Assembly: GCA_027858735.1 (NCBI GenBank)
Contig: JAQICC010000262.1
Location: forward strand, 1,879 to 65,878
Origin: Salinivirgaceae bacterium
GTDB lineage: Bacteria; Bacteroidota; Bacteroidia; Bacteroidales; SZUA-534
Reading direction: 5' to 3'
DNA length: 64,000 bases
In this document: positions 38,913-47,707 of the stretch, piece after piece
Layout: each line of letters opens with the position of its first letter
Numbering within the stretch: the first letter of the stretch is position 1
Program-made: the position numbers and the translations under genes
Notes under the pieces: generated by a model
The model's database searches: none
Seen by the model: the letters and a program-made list of their open reading frames with translations, nothing else
What the model was told of the DNA's origin: nothing

Positions 38913-40127
38913 TTATATCTTATTATCCTCTTCAACAATATCAACAAATGCCTCACTTATTTTTGGAATGGCACTTATTACTCTTTTCCAACTTGGCATA
39001 ACAGGAGTTTGATTCGGATTATTCAAATAGCTTACTCCAGCTTGATAAACATTTCGAGACAATTGATCAACGAGTCGTTCTTCTTTGTGTCGATCAAAAC
39101 TCAAGCCATTCATAACGGCATCGTTATTATATTGCTCAACCATATCTAAAGCAATTCTGTGGTAGGTTGCTTTTATCGACCTAAACATTCCCTCGTTAAA
39201 AACACTTCCATCGGATGCAAGCTTAGCAAAAATTGAACGAGAAATATCAAAACTCATTTTTGATAAGCCCTTATCAGGATTGTCAAATGATTCCGTTTGG
39301 TGTTTGTGATCGTATCGATCGGCAATTTCAACTTGACAAATACGGCTAAGCGCATTATTGCGATGTACCTCTGCTAAAATACCAACCTCTAAACCCCAGT
39401 CACTTGGAATACGAATAGTTTTTAATACATCGGCACGCATTGAAAACTCACCACTAAGAATATATCTAAAACCATCTAAATAGTCAAGGTATTCAAGCTG
39501 ACCGAAGAATTTTTTAAGGGTACGTAATAAAGGTGTAACTAAAAGACGAACCATGCGACCATTAATTTTTTCCTCATCAGCTCTAAAGTAGTATCCTTTG
39601 CAATATTTATAATTAAAGGTGGGTTTAACAACAGGATAAATTAAGCGGGCCAACATATTTCTATCATAAGTAATAATATCGGCATCGTGCAATGCAATAG
39701 CTTCCGATTTTCCTGAAGCTATCATGTATCCAAAACTAAACCAAACATTTTTTCCTTTTCCAGGATTACCCGGATGAATATTTTCTTCATTTAGCAAAAA
39801 TTCAAGATGCTTCATACCTGGTCCATCATTCCAAATAACACGATGATGTTGGGGCAAAACAGAAAAGAACTCTTTTGCCTTCATAAATTCCTCTTTGTTT
39901 GCTGCATCTAAACCTATAACCACTTCACCCAGATAGGGTATTTTCTTTAACACATTAACAATATTAGTTAGTGCTGGTCGTGCAAGCTCTGAATAAAGAG
40001 AAGGAATAATAAGCCCTATGGGTCTTTTTTTACTATACCGCACCAATTCATCTTCAATGTCTTGTAATGTTCTATTCTTAAAATTATGAAGCGTAGTTAC
40101 GTATGAAGTTTGATAAAAATCTCCCAT
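38913..40127 (-). CDS. Glucosyl-3-phosphoglycerate synthase-like glycosyltransferase (GpgS/MpgS type)
   Basis: 404 aa. The N-terminus MGDFYQTSYVTTLHNF, a GT-A core with ALHDADIITYD (DxD-like), and YDHKHQ. This resembles cyanobacterial and planctomycete GpgS proteins from memory; no search was run. Confidence 0.6.
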   Translation of the reverse strand: MGDFYQTSYVTTLHNFKNRTLQDIEDELVRYSKKRPIGLIIPSLYSELARPALTNIVNVLKKIPYLGEVVIGLDAANKEEFMKAKEFFSVLPQHHRVIWNDGPGMKHLEFLLNEENIHPGNPGKGKNVWFSFGYMIASGKSEAIALHDADIITYDRNMLARLIYPVVKPTFNYKYCKGYYFRADEEKINGRMVRLLVTPLLRTLKKFFGQLEYLDYLDGFRYILSGEFSMRADVLKTIRIPSDWGLEVGILAEVHRNNALSRICQVEIADRYDHKHQTESFDNPDKGLSKMSFDISRSIFAKLASDGSVFNEGMFRSIKATYHRIALDMVEQYNNDAVMNGLSFDRHKEERLVDQLSRNVYQAGVSYLNNPNQTPVMPSWKRVISAIPKISEAFVDIVEEDNKI

Positions 40128-40210
40128 GTTAAATTGTATTGGTTACATAATTGCTCTTAAAGTTAATTAAAATCCTTTAATTAATTTTACCCTTAGTTTT
40201 TTTAATTTTT

Positions 40211-40239
40211 AAAAAACTAATATTGCATTAAGCAATATT
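40211..40239 (-). terminator. Intrinsic terminator or attenuator inside the cluster, between yqaA and the GpgS-like gene
   Basis: Palindromic 8-bp stem AATATTGC (40219-40226) / GCAATATT (40232-40239) with a 5-nt loop. The minus strand continues AGTTTTTT (40211-40218). Confidence 0.55.
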
Positions 40240-40424
40240 TTTCATCTTTTTGTTAAAATATTAATCTTGGTGCAAGCGAATTAAATTTTGTATATGTTAA
40301 AATACCAGCAACTTACAATTTAACATGGCTCTATTGTCTTTGATATTCAGAACACAAAACCTGAATCTAACAAGAGAGCAAACGTTGACGTTCCATTGAA
40401 TAAGGGGGGGGTGAAAATGTGAAT

Positions 40425-40859
40425 TTATTGTAAAGCCCAAACAGTTAGGTAACCCCATATTAAATATCGAAGGGTTTTGCCAATTAACATACCGACAGCA
40501 ACATTTATATAATTTCGTTTTAGCAAGCCCAGCACCACTGCAATTATATCACCAATAAATGGCAACCAACAAAAGAATGCAATCCACCCTTCCTTGCCTC
40601 TAATTTTAGATTTGAATTTTTCCGTTTTATCTTTTGGAATTCGCAGGTATTTTGTAATCCACTCCTCTTTACCCAAATAACCTATATAATACGAACTTAA
40701 ACCACCTAACCAATTACCCAGTGAGGCTGCAACTAAGCAAGCTGAAGTATTAAAATCTGCATAGATCATTGCTGATAAAATAGCCTCAGAACTAAATGGG
40801 ACAACAGTAGCTGCAAGAAAACTTGCTAAAAAAAGTCCCCAATACCCTAGTTCGAACAT
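40425..40859 (-). CDS. YqaA/DedA-related small membrane protein
   Basis: 144 aa with four predicted TM segments. The ATVVPFSSEAIL motif is typical of the YqaA family. Confidence 0.7.
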   Translation of the reverse strand: MFELGYWGLFLASFLAATVVPFSSEAILSAMIYADFNTSACLVAASLGNWLGGLSSYYIGYLGKEEWITKYLRIPKDKTEKFKSKIRGKEGWIAFFCWLPFIGDIIAVVLGLLKRNYINVAVGMLIGKTLRYLIWGYLTVWALQ

Positions 40860-40861
40860 AA

Positions 40862-42310
40862 TTAATGTGGATGCCTTTTGGTGAAAATTTCTTGGAATAA
40901 GGGTTCTAATTTATCAGAAATAATATGATGTCCCAAATTTTCTCTTAGAATTTTTATATTATGTTTTATTACTTCATTACGATATTCTATGTTTGAAAGT
41001 AGTTTAAAAGATTCATCGACAACCTCATCAGTTATAACACAATTTTGCGTTGATGGAAATCGAAATCCCAAAGGTTCAATTTCAATTTTAAAAACTTCGT
41101 ATTTATTAATCACTGCTGGTACTCCAAACGAAATTAATTCAAGCAGGTTATTTCCAAATCCTTCCACCTCGCTAAAATATGTTCCGATACCTCCATACGC
41201 TGCTACCAAACCGGGTAATTCGGCAAATTTATAATATTTTTTATTCACAATTATATCACGGTGCGATAGCGTGATGGCTTCACTCATAATAAATATTACC
41301 TGAGCATCAGGATTATCTTTCTGAAGGTTTGCATAGTACTCATTTAAAAACCTTTGGTAATAATGCTGCTCATCACCCGAATGCCCCGTAACTAAAACGA
41401 CAACACATTGACGTATGTTTTCAGACTTAAATTTTTTATCGAGCTTAAAAGCCAATTCGATAGCTGATTCTATTTTTTTTCGGGGTACAATTCTTGTGTG
41501 TTGTAGTAAAATGGCTGCATCATCTATCGTAAACCCTCTTTCATCAAGCTGTTTTAACAATCCACAATCGCGCCAAAAAGATTCGTTATAGCGTACTACT
41601 GGAGGTGCTATATACCCTTTTTCGTTGGATACCTGACAGTCACATTCAACATCACTTGTATTTGGTATAACTACAACTCTTGAATTGAAAAATGCATCTG
41701 TAATTTTAGGCTGATATTTTGCAAATACCTTTTTACATAAATCAATTTGCTGATGGTTTATAAAGGCCACGGCATCAATATAAGTACCTGGCAAATACTT
41801 TAAATATTTTTGCATTACCTTATTGGGTTTTTCAAATATTTTTCTTTCAAAATAGGAATCGTGCCACCAAACCATTTGTTTGGGCCAAATTAAGTCTTGT
41901 GCTCTTAGTTCATCGAAATAGTAGCCCAAAGCCACAGCCGTAATAAAATTATAAGGGTGCGATGTATTGTGTGCAATTATAAGGTCAATTCCATTTTCGT
42001 GAACCCAATCGGCAATAATATTCTTAGCATACAATGCTTCGGCATGAATGCGTTCATCTAAATCGGCTGCCGGTTTTTGACAAAATGAGGCAATGATTTC
42101 GGTATGCAATTCATTTTTATGCCAAAAAACTTCGTTGATATCTGCATTGAAACGTGGAGATGAATGGGCTCCTAGAAAGAAAATATTCCCAAGTTCAATT
42201 TCCATATGATTAACCATGGCGTGCACTGTTTGGTCAATTACGATAGAAACGCCATCATTTTTACCAATTAATGAATGTACTATACCAATTCTTAAGTTCG
42301 TAATATTCAT
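40862..42310 (-). CDS. GT-B-fold glycosyltransferase (GT4-like)
   Basis: 482 aa. The C-terminal YFSEVEGFGNNLLELISFGVPAV resembles the GT4 E-x7-E region. The N-terminus is similar in pattern to the product of 43241..44539, suggesting a paralogue. Confidence 0.6.
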   Translation of the reverse strand: MNITNLRIGIVHSLIGKNDGVSIVIDQTVHAMVNHMEIELGNIFFLGAHSSPRFNADINEVFWHKNELHTEIIASFCQKPAADLDERIHAEALYAKNIIADWVHENGIDLIIAHNTSHPYNFITAVALGYYFDELRAQDLIWPKQMVWWHDSYFERKIFEKPNKVMQKYLKYLPGTYIDAVAFINHQQIDLCKKVFAKYQPKITDAFFNSRVVVIPNTSDVECDCQVSNEKGYIAPPVVRYNESFWRDCGLLKQLDERGFTIDDAAILLQHTRIVPRKKIESAIELAFKLDKKFKSENIRQCVVVLVTGHSGDEQHYYQRFLNEYYANLQKDNPDAQVIFIMSEAITLSHRDIIVNKKYYKFAELPGLVAAYGGIGTYFSEVEGFGNNLLELISFGVPAVINKYEVFKIEIEPLGFRFPSTQNCVITDEVVDESFKLLSNIEYRNEVIKHNIKILRENLGHHIISDKLEPLFQEIFTKRHPH

Positions 42311-42366
42311 ATTTTTCTATGTTAAAAACCAAAATAAATTGTTCGATTAAAAAGACAACTCTTATC

Positions 42367-43281
42367 TTATATCAATTCTAATAGTTCAGAAAGATTATTT
42401 ATTATAATATCGGGGGTTAAACCCTCGCATCGTTTATCGTCGCTTCGCAATCGCAAAGATCTTTGATCACCAGCAAAAAGAGCTGTTTTAAACCCAACTA
42501 AACGAGCCGTCCAAACATCTTTAAGCATATCGTTTCCAACAAATAATACTTGCTCAGGTTTTAAATTATATTTTTTATCAAGTTTTTCGGCCAGTTGCTT
42601 ATATAAGTATGTGTCAGGCTTACTTCGTAAAAGTTTATATGAAAATACCGAGATATCATGATCGAACTTTTCAATATGCTCTTGCTCAGATAAAATATTA
42701 CTCATAAAACTATTCATTATTATAGGAGTGTAAAACTGAGCATTTGATACAATACCTATGGGTACATTCTTCTCATTTAAGGCACTAATAACCTCTAGCA
42801 TATTAGGCATTGGCCAAACCGGATTACTAAGAATCTCGAAAACAACGGTTAGTGTTTTAATACAAGTGTTATCTGATGGAATAAGCCAATTATTTTCTAC
42901 TGCTTCTTTTAAAACTTTTCCCCAAACTTTAATTATATCAACCTCAGGAAAAGGATGCCCATGTTTTTTTAGTTGTTTATGCTGATTGTTCACTGCTGAG
43001 TGAAAAAGACCCAATAAATCGTTTCCGTACTTACTTTCGTTAGCAACGGTTTTCCATGTGTAGCCGCCCTCAATAAGTGCTTGCGTGAGATGTCCAATTT
43101 TTACTGTCGACTTATCTAAATCACCAGATGCTGAGATTATTAAGGTGCCATAAATATCAAAAACTATAGCTTCAATTCCAGCATTATTCTGAATAGATGA
43201 TGCAACATTGGTAGCAATAGGACTAAGCTCGCTATACAAATTAAGATATGGTTGTATACGCTCTAAAAATTTGTTTTGCAT
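42367..43281 (-). CDS. HAD-superfamily hydrolase (candidate sugar-phosphoglycerate phosphatase)
   Basis: 304 aa. HAD motif I is FDIYGTL, motif II is VSNA, and motif IV is GNDMLKDV. The phosphatase role is inferred from context. Confidence 0.65.
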   Translation of the reverse strand: MQNKFLERIQPYLNLYSELSPIATNVASSIQNNAGIEAIVFDIYGTLIISASGDLDKSTVKIGHLTQALIEGGYTWKTVANESKYGNDLLGLFHSAVNNQHKQLKKHGHPFPEVDIIKVWGKVLKEAVENNWLIPSDNTCIKTLTVVFEILSNPVWPMPNMLEVISALNEKNVPIGIVSNAQFYTPIIMNSFMSNILSEQEHIEKFDHDISVFSYKLLRSKPDTYLYKQLAEKLDKKYNLKPEQVLFVGNDMLKDVWTARLVGFKTALFAGDQRSLRLRSDDKRCEGLTPDIIINNLSELLELI

Positions 43282-44539
43282 ATTTATCTAAGCTAAATTC
43301 TCGCTTTATTGCACTTTGATTCTCAATGATTAATGCCTTGCTTATTTCCGGAGGAAAACTAGCTAAAAATTCATTAAGTTCAAATAAATCTTGCTTTTTT
43401 TGCTTTTGTTCAATCAGCTGTAATATAAAGGCTTGCTGTCTTTTCTCATTTAAATTTTTGAAATCTACAAATTCGTTATAAAATGGTATTTTTAATTCAT
43501 TGTAAAGCAATGGGAATTTCACTCCTTTCTGTTGAATATCAGAAGTAACATAATCAATATTTCTACCAATTACAGGAGTTCCCATTAACCAAGGTTCTAG
43601 ATAAGCCATACCAAAACCTTCTTTTATACTGGTAGTTATACAATAGTCTGATCCTGCAATTATTGTTTCAAATTCAGTTTTACTTCCGGCTTCAAAAATA
43701 ACAGGAATTTGATTCTTTCTGCAAAAGTCTTTCCAGTTGTTATAAAACTGAATTTCAATGGGATTACGTGGTGCCAGGGTTACTAAAAAAGTGCAACTAT
43801 AGGAAAACAATTGAGTTAGCAGCACCAGTTCACCTATGTTTTTACGTTGTATAACTCTTACAGGGTATGTGATTATTTTATGATGAGCGGGTATATTAAA
43901 AACACGGAGTACTTCTGCTCGTGCTTTGTCATTACTAATCTCCACTTTTTGATTTATAAATACAGGATTCGGCCATAAAAACACATGATTTTCAGATACT
44001 CCATAATGAATAACCCTATCAAAATCATACTGATTTAACAATCCAACCATATAGTTAGGATTATGTGGATAAAGCACCTGTGTAAGTTCCTTTTTAAAAT
44101 AGCTCCCAATTATTTTTTGCAAAAAAGCGAAATTGTTTGGCCTGTCTTCCGCAAAATCGTGTGCATGATTAATTAACGTGAATCCTTGATTTAAAAACTT
44201 ATTAAAAACCATAGTTAATACAGGGTTTTTTCCGAGATTTAAGTTATGCACGTGCAATATTTCAGTATCGCTTATTAATGATTTTAACCAATTATAAATC
44301 CGATCAAATAGATCTTGTAATTCGTTACATTCGAAATTTTTATCTATCAGATAATTTAAATCGCTATTTATAAAAACCGAAACGTCCAACTTTTCATAAT
44401 ACTCAATATTTTCACAATGTCCGGTAATTACTTGTATTCGGGCATCAGGGTAGTTTTGAATAAAACCGGCCACTTGTGACTCAATAATTCGAGTTACTCC
44501 TCCCGGATTTAAATGGTAATGAAATATTGAGATATTCAT
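43241..44539 (-). CDS. GT-B-fold glycosyltransferase (GT4-like)
   Basis: 432 aa. TSIKEGFGMAYLEPWLMGTPVIG (E-x7-E-like). The 3' end overlaps the HAD gene start by 41 nt. Confidence 0.6.
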   Translation of the reverse strand: MNISIFHYHLNPGGVTRIIESQVAGFIQNYPDARIQVITGHCENIEYYEKLDVSVFINSDLNYLIDKNFECNELQDLFDRIYNWLKSLISDTEILHVHNLNLGKNPVLTMVFNKFLNQGFTLINHAHDFAEDRPNNFAFLQKIIGSYFKKELTQVLYPHNPNYMVGLLNQYDFDRVIHYGVSENHVFLWPNPVFINQKVEISNDKARAEVLRVFNIPAHHKIITYPVRVIQRKNIGELVLLTQLFSYSCTFLVTLAPRNPIEIQFYNNWKDFCRKNQIPVIFEAGSKTEFETIIAGSDYCITTSIKEGFGMAYLEPWLMGTPVIGRNIDYVTSDIQQKGVKFPLLYNELKIPFYNEFVDFKNLNEKRQQAFILQLIEQKQKKQDLFELNEFLASFPPEISKALIIENQSAIKREFSLDKYAKQIFRAYTTIS

Positions 44540-44762
44540 TCTTTTTCTTTGTCAATGATTTATAAAAATAAGAAAAGTACCTTGAATGATCTTTAAATGA
44601 AACGTTTATTTCTTATAATATTATTTTCGAGCATTTTTATTGCCAATCATTCTTCTTAAGTACATAAAAGTTATGGCTATTCATTAATATTTGAATAGCT
44701 GCAACTTGCAGTGTTCTATAAGCACGAAAGCACCCCAATGGTTGATTTCGTTATATCGTTTG

Positions 44763-44931
44763 CAGTCAAGTCAAGCATAATCTTTAGAGCCAAGCCTTGT
44801 TTTTTTTACTAAAAAAAAATTACGCCTGCCTGCTGCAGACAGGTAGCTAAGGCTATGCTTACTTTTTTTTAGTTTTTCGAAAATTCAAAAATAATGTTGA
44901 CTTACCCGAAATCTCATTCATGACTTGACTG
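44763..44931. repeat. 169-bp inverted-repeat element (MITE-like or structured leader) between the glycosyltransferase operon and mntP
   Basis: Perfect 11-bp terminal inverted repeats CAGTCAAGTCA (44763-44773) / TGACTTGACTG (44921-44931). Internal pairs are AGCCTT (44792-97) / AAGGCT (44849-54) and AAGCAT / ATGCTT. There is also a T8-ACT-A9 hairpin (44800-44819) and a GC-rich central hairpin. Confidence 0.6.
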
Positions 44932-44981
44932 TGGCTTTTTTCGCTAGTGATATTTTGTTTTCTTTGCACAAAATATAATTA

Positions 44982-45548
44982 ATGGAATTTTTAACACTTT
45001 TAATAATTGCCATTGGTTTAGCCATGGATAGTGTAACGGTTTCAATATCGTGTGCACTAATACTGTATAAATTTAACTTTAAAAACACCTTTCGAATAGC
45101 CCTATTTATGGGTGTTTTTCAAGGTACAATGCCCATTATTGGCTGGTGGCTTGGTCATTCATTCAGAGTTTATATTGAGGCTTACGATCATTGGATTGCA
45201 TTTATTATTCTAATGTTTTTGGGCGCACGAATGATCTACCAACATATAACAACGAACGATGACTTTAAATGCTTTGACCCAACCAGTTACAAAACACTTA
45301 CAGGATTGGCGATAGCTACCAGCATTGATGCTTTAGCCGTGGGAATAACATTTGGGCTTATTGAAATATCGCTGATTACTGCTGCCCTTGTAATAGGTTT
45401 AGTGTCATTTATACTTTCATTTTTAGCCATTTATTTAGCCAGCAAGTTTAAGCAGAAACTTAAATTTCCGTTTGAACTAGTAGGTGGAATAATTCTAATT
45501 TTAATTGGTGTCAAAATTTTAATCGAACATATACTCAATCATGGATAA
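44982..45548 (+). CDS. mntP: Manganese efflux pump MntP
   Basis: 188 aa with six TM segments. IGLAMDSVTVSIS and TSIDALAVGITFG are the duplicated DUF204/MntP motifs. Confidence 0.88.
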   Translation: MEFLTLLIIAIGLAMDSVTVSISCALILYKFNFKNTFRIALFMGVFQGTMPIIGWWLGHSFRVYIEAYDHWIAFIILMFLGARMIYQHITTNDDFKCFDPTSYKTLTGLAIATSIDALAVGITFGLIEISLITAALVIGLVSFILSFLAIYLASKFKQKLKFPFELVGGIILILIGVKILIEHILNHG

Positions 45549-47541
45549 TACTATAAATATGAACAATACTTTAGAAGAAAATGATGCATTCAAATATTTA
45601 CTGGAGCAATTTGCAGATTTAAAAATAATGAGGTTTAAAGTTCCTGGATTTGAAAGTCTTAAGCCCAAGCAAAAGGAACTTATATATTATTTAAGTGAAG
45701 CCGCTTTGTGTGGAAGAGATATTTTGTTCGATCAGAATTACAAGCACAACTTAAGTGTTAGAAGGACAAACGAGGCTATTTTAAATTCATTTTCTGGAGA
45801 TAAAAGCACACCTGATTTTAAAGAATTTGAAGTATATGCAAAACGTGTATGGTTTTCAAATGGAATTCATCACCACTATAGTACAGATAAATTTTTTCCG
45901 AAACTTAGCCAAGATATTTATGCCGAATATCTAAGTAATTGTAACGAACAACAACTACCTTTATTACATAACGAAACCGTTGAACAATTTACTGAGAGAA
46001 TTATACCTATAATTTTCGAACCTCAAATTGGGTCAAAAAAAATCGTTCTTGATGCAAGTAAAGATATTATTGCAGAATCGGCTACAAACTTTTACGATGG
46101 TTTAACCGAAAGTGAAGTAAATGAATACATTAGCAATTTTAAACAACCCGATGAGGATCGCCCTTTATCAATTGGCTTAAACAGTCAGCATGTTAAAAAA
46201 AATGGGGCCTTGCATGAACGAGTTTACAAGCAAAATGGATTGTATGGCAAAGCAATTGACAAAATTGTATATTGGCTTAATAAAGCAGTTGGAGCGGCAG
46301 AAACCAGTATGCAGCAAAAATTAATAAAAGTATTAATTGATTATTATAGAACTGGTGATTTAAAAACATGGGACGATTTTAATGTTCTATGGGTGCAAGA
46401 GCTTGAATCGGAAGTTGATTTTGTGAATGGCTTTATAGAAAATTATGGCGACCCTATGGGAATGAAAGCTACATGGGAAAGTATAGTGAATTTTAAAGAT
46501 ATAGAAGCTACAAAGCGAACTGAAATAATTAGTAATAATGCACAGTGGTTCGAAGATAATGCACCGATTGATCCGCGATTTAAAAAAGGAAAAGTAAAAG
46601 GAGTTTCTGCAAAAGTAATTACTGTCGCACAATTGGGTGGCGATTGTTACCCCTCTACTCCCATTGGAATTAATCTACCTAATGCCGATTGGATTCGCCG
46701 GGACTATGGTTCAAAATCAGTAACCATTGAAAACATATCAGATGCTTACCACAAAGCTGCGCAGGGCAATGGAATGCTTGAAGAGTTTTGCTATTCGCAG
46801 GAAGAGATTGAGCTGTCAAAGTACTATGGATCAATGGCTAGCAACCTACACGTCGATCTTCATGAGTGTTTGGGTCATGGTTCAGGTCAATTATTGCCTA
46901 ATACCAGTTCCGATGCCTTGAAAAACTACAGTTCTGCCTTAGAAGAAGCTCGTGCCGACCTATTTGCCTTATATTATATTGCCGATGAAAAATTGGTTGA
47001 ATTTGGTTTAATTCCGAATTTGGATGTAGCAAAAACTGAATATAACGGCTATATAAGAAATGGTATAATGACACAACTTACCCGAGTGCAATTAGGAAAA
47101 GATATAGAACAGGCACATATGAGAAACAGGCAACTTGTTTCGCAGTGGTGTTACGAAAAAGGAAAGGACGATAATGTTATTGAAATCCTTGAAAAAGAAG
47201 GAAAAACCTATATTGTTATAAATAATTACCAAATGCTTAGAAGTTTATTTGGTGATCTTTTAGCCGAAATTCAAAGAATAAAGTCGGAAGGTGATTATGA
47301 GGCTGGTAAACAGCTGGTTGAGACCTATGCTGTTCAGGTTGATCAGAAGCTGCATAAAGAAGTTCTTGATAGGTTTACCAAATTAAACATTGCTGCTTAC
47401 GGAGGCTTTATTAACCCATATTTTAAAGCTGTAATGAAAGAAGGAAAAATTACAGATGTAGAGATTGAATATGCAGACAGCTACTCTGAACAAATGCTTA
47501 AATATTCGAAAGAGTATTCGTATTTGCCTGATTATAACTAG
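45541..47541 (+). CDS. Dipeptidyl-peptidase III (M49 family metallopeptidase)
   Basis: 666 aa. Zinc motifs HECLGHGSGQL (HExxGH) and EEARAD (EExxAD/E). The start overlaps the mntP stop (ATGGATAA). Confidence 0.88.
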   Translation: MDNTINMNNTLEENDAFKYLLEQFADLKIMRFKVPGFESLKPKQKELIYYLSEAALCGRDILFDQNYKHNLSVRRTNEAILNSFSGDKSTPDFKEFEVYAKRVWFSNGIHHHYSTDKFFPKLSQDIYAEYLSNCNEQQLPLLHNETVEQFTERIIPIIFEPQIGSKKIVLDASKDIIAESATNFYDGLTESEVNEYISNFKQPDEDRPLSIGLNSQHVKKNGALHERVYKQNGLYGKAIDKIVYWLNKAVGAAETSMQQKLIKVLIDYYRTGDLKTWDDFNVLWVQELESEVDFVNGFIENYGDPMGMKATWESIVNFKDIEATKRTEIISNNAQWFEDNAPIDPRFKKGKVKGVSAKVITVAQLGGDCYPSTPIGINLPNADWIRRDYGSKSVTIENISDAYHKAAQGNGMLEEFCYSQEEIELSKYYGSMASNLHVDLHECLGHGSGQLLPNTSSDALKNYSSALEEARADLFALYYIADEKLVEFGLIPNLDVAKTEYNGYIRNGIMTQLTRVQLGKDIEQAHMRNRQLVSQWCYEKGKDDNVIEILEKEGKTYIVINNYQMLRSLFGDLLAEIQRIKSEGDYEAGKQLVETYAVQVDQKLHKEVLDRFTKLNIAAYGGFINPYFKAVMKEGKITDVEIEYADSYSEQMLKYSKEYSYLPDYN

Positions 47542-47546
47542 ATAAA

Positions 47547-47609
47547 AGCCACAGATTCACAGATTATTTAGTGGAATATGTAATTTGTTAAATCTGCGAA
47601 TCTGTGGCT
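47547..47609. repeat. REP-like long hairpin downstream of the DPP III gene
   Basis: AGCCACAGATTCACAGATT (47547-47565) pairs with AATCTGCGAATCTGTGGCT (47591-47609) at 18 of 19 positions, with a 25-nt loop. Each arm is itself an internal direct duplication (CACAGATT twice). No U-tract follows. Confidence 0.7.
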
Positions 47610-47707
47610 AGGTCAATAATTCTATATATTATTTTAATTTAAGACACGCAGGTCTTTTTTATAATGAAATTATTCCTAATTTTGCCGCAATTTTATTATA
47701 GATTCAT

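Noticed and set aside
44826-44900. A confident call of a yybP-ykoY Mn2+ riboswitch upstream of mntP.
   Set aside because: I could match only fragments (AGGTAGC, GTTGAC) to the remembered consensus (GGGGAGUAGC ... UUGACAUA ... AGACC). The expected four-helix layout does not fall out by hand. I kept it as a hypothesis inside a finding rather than as a feature.
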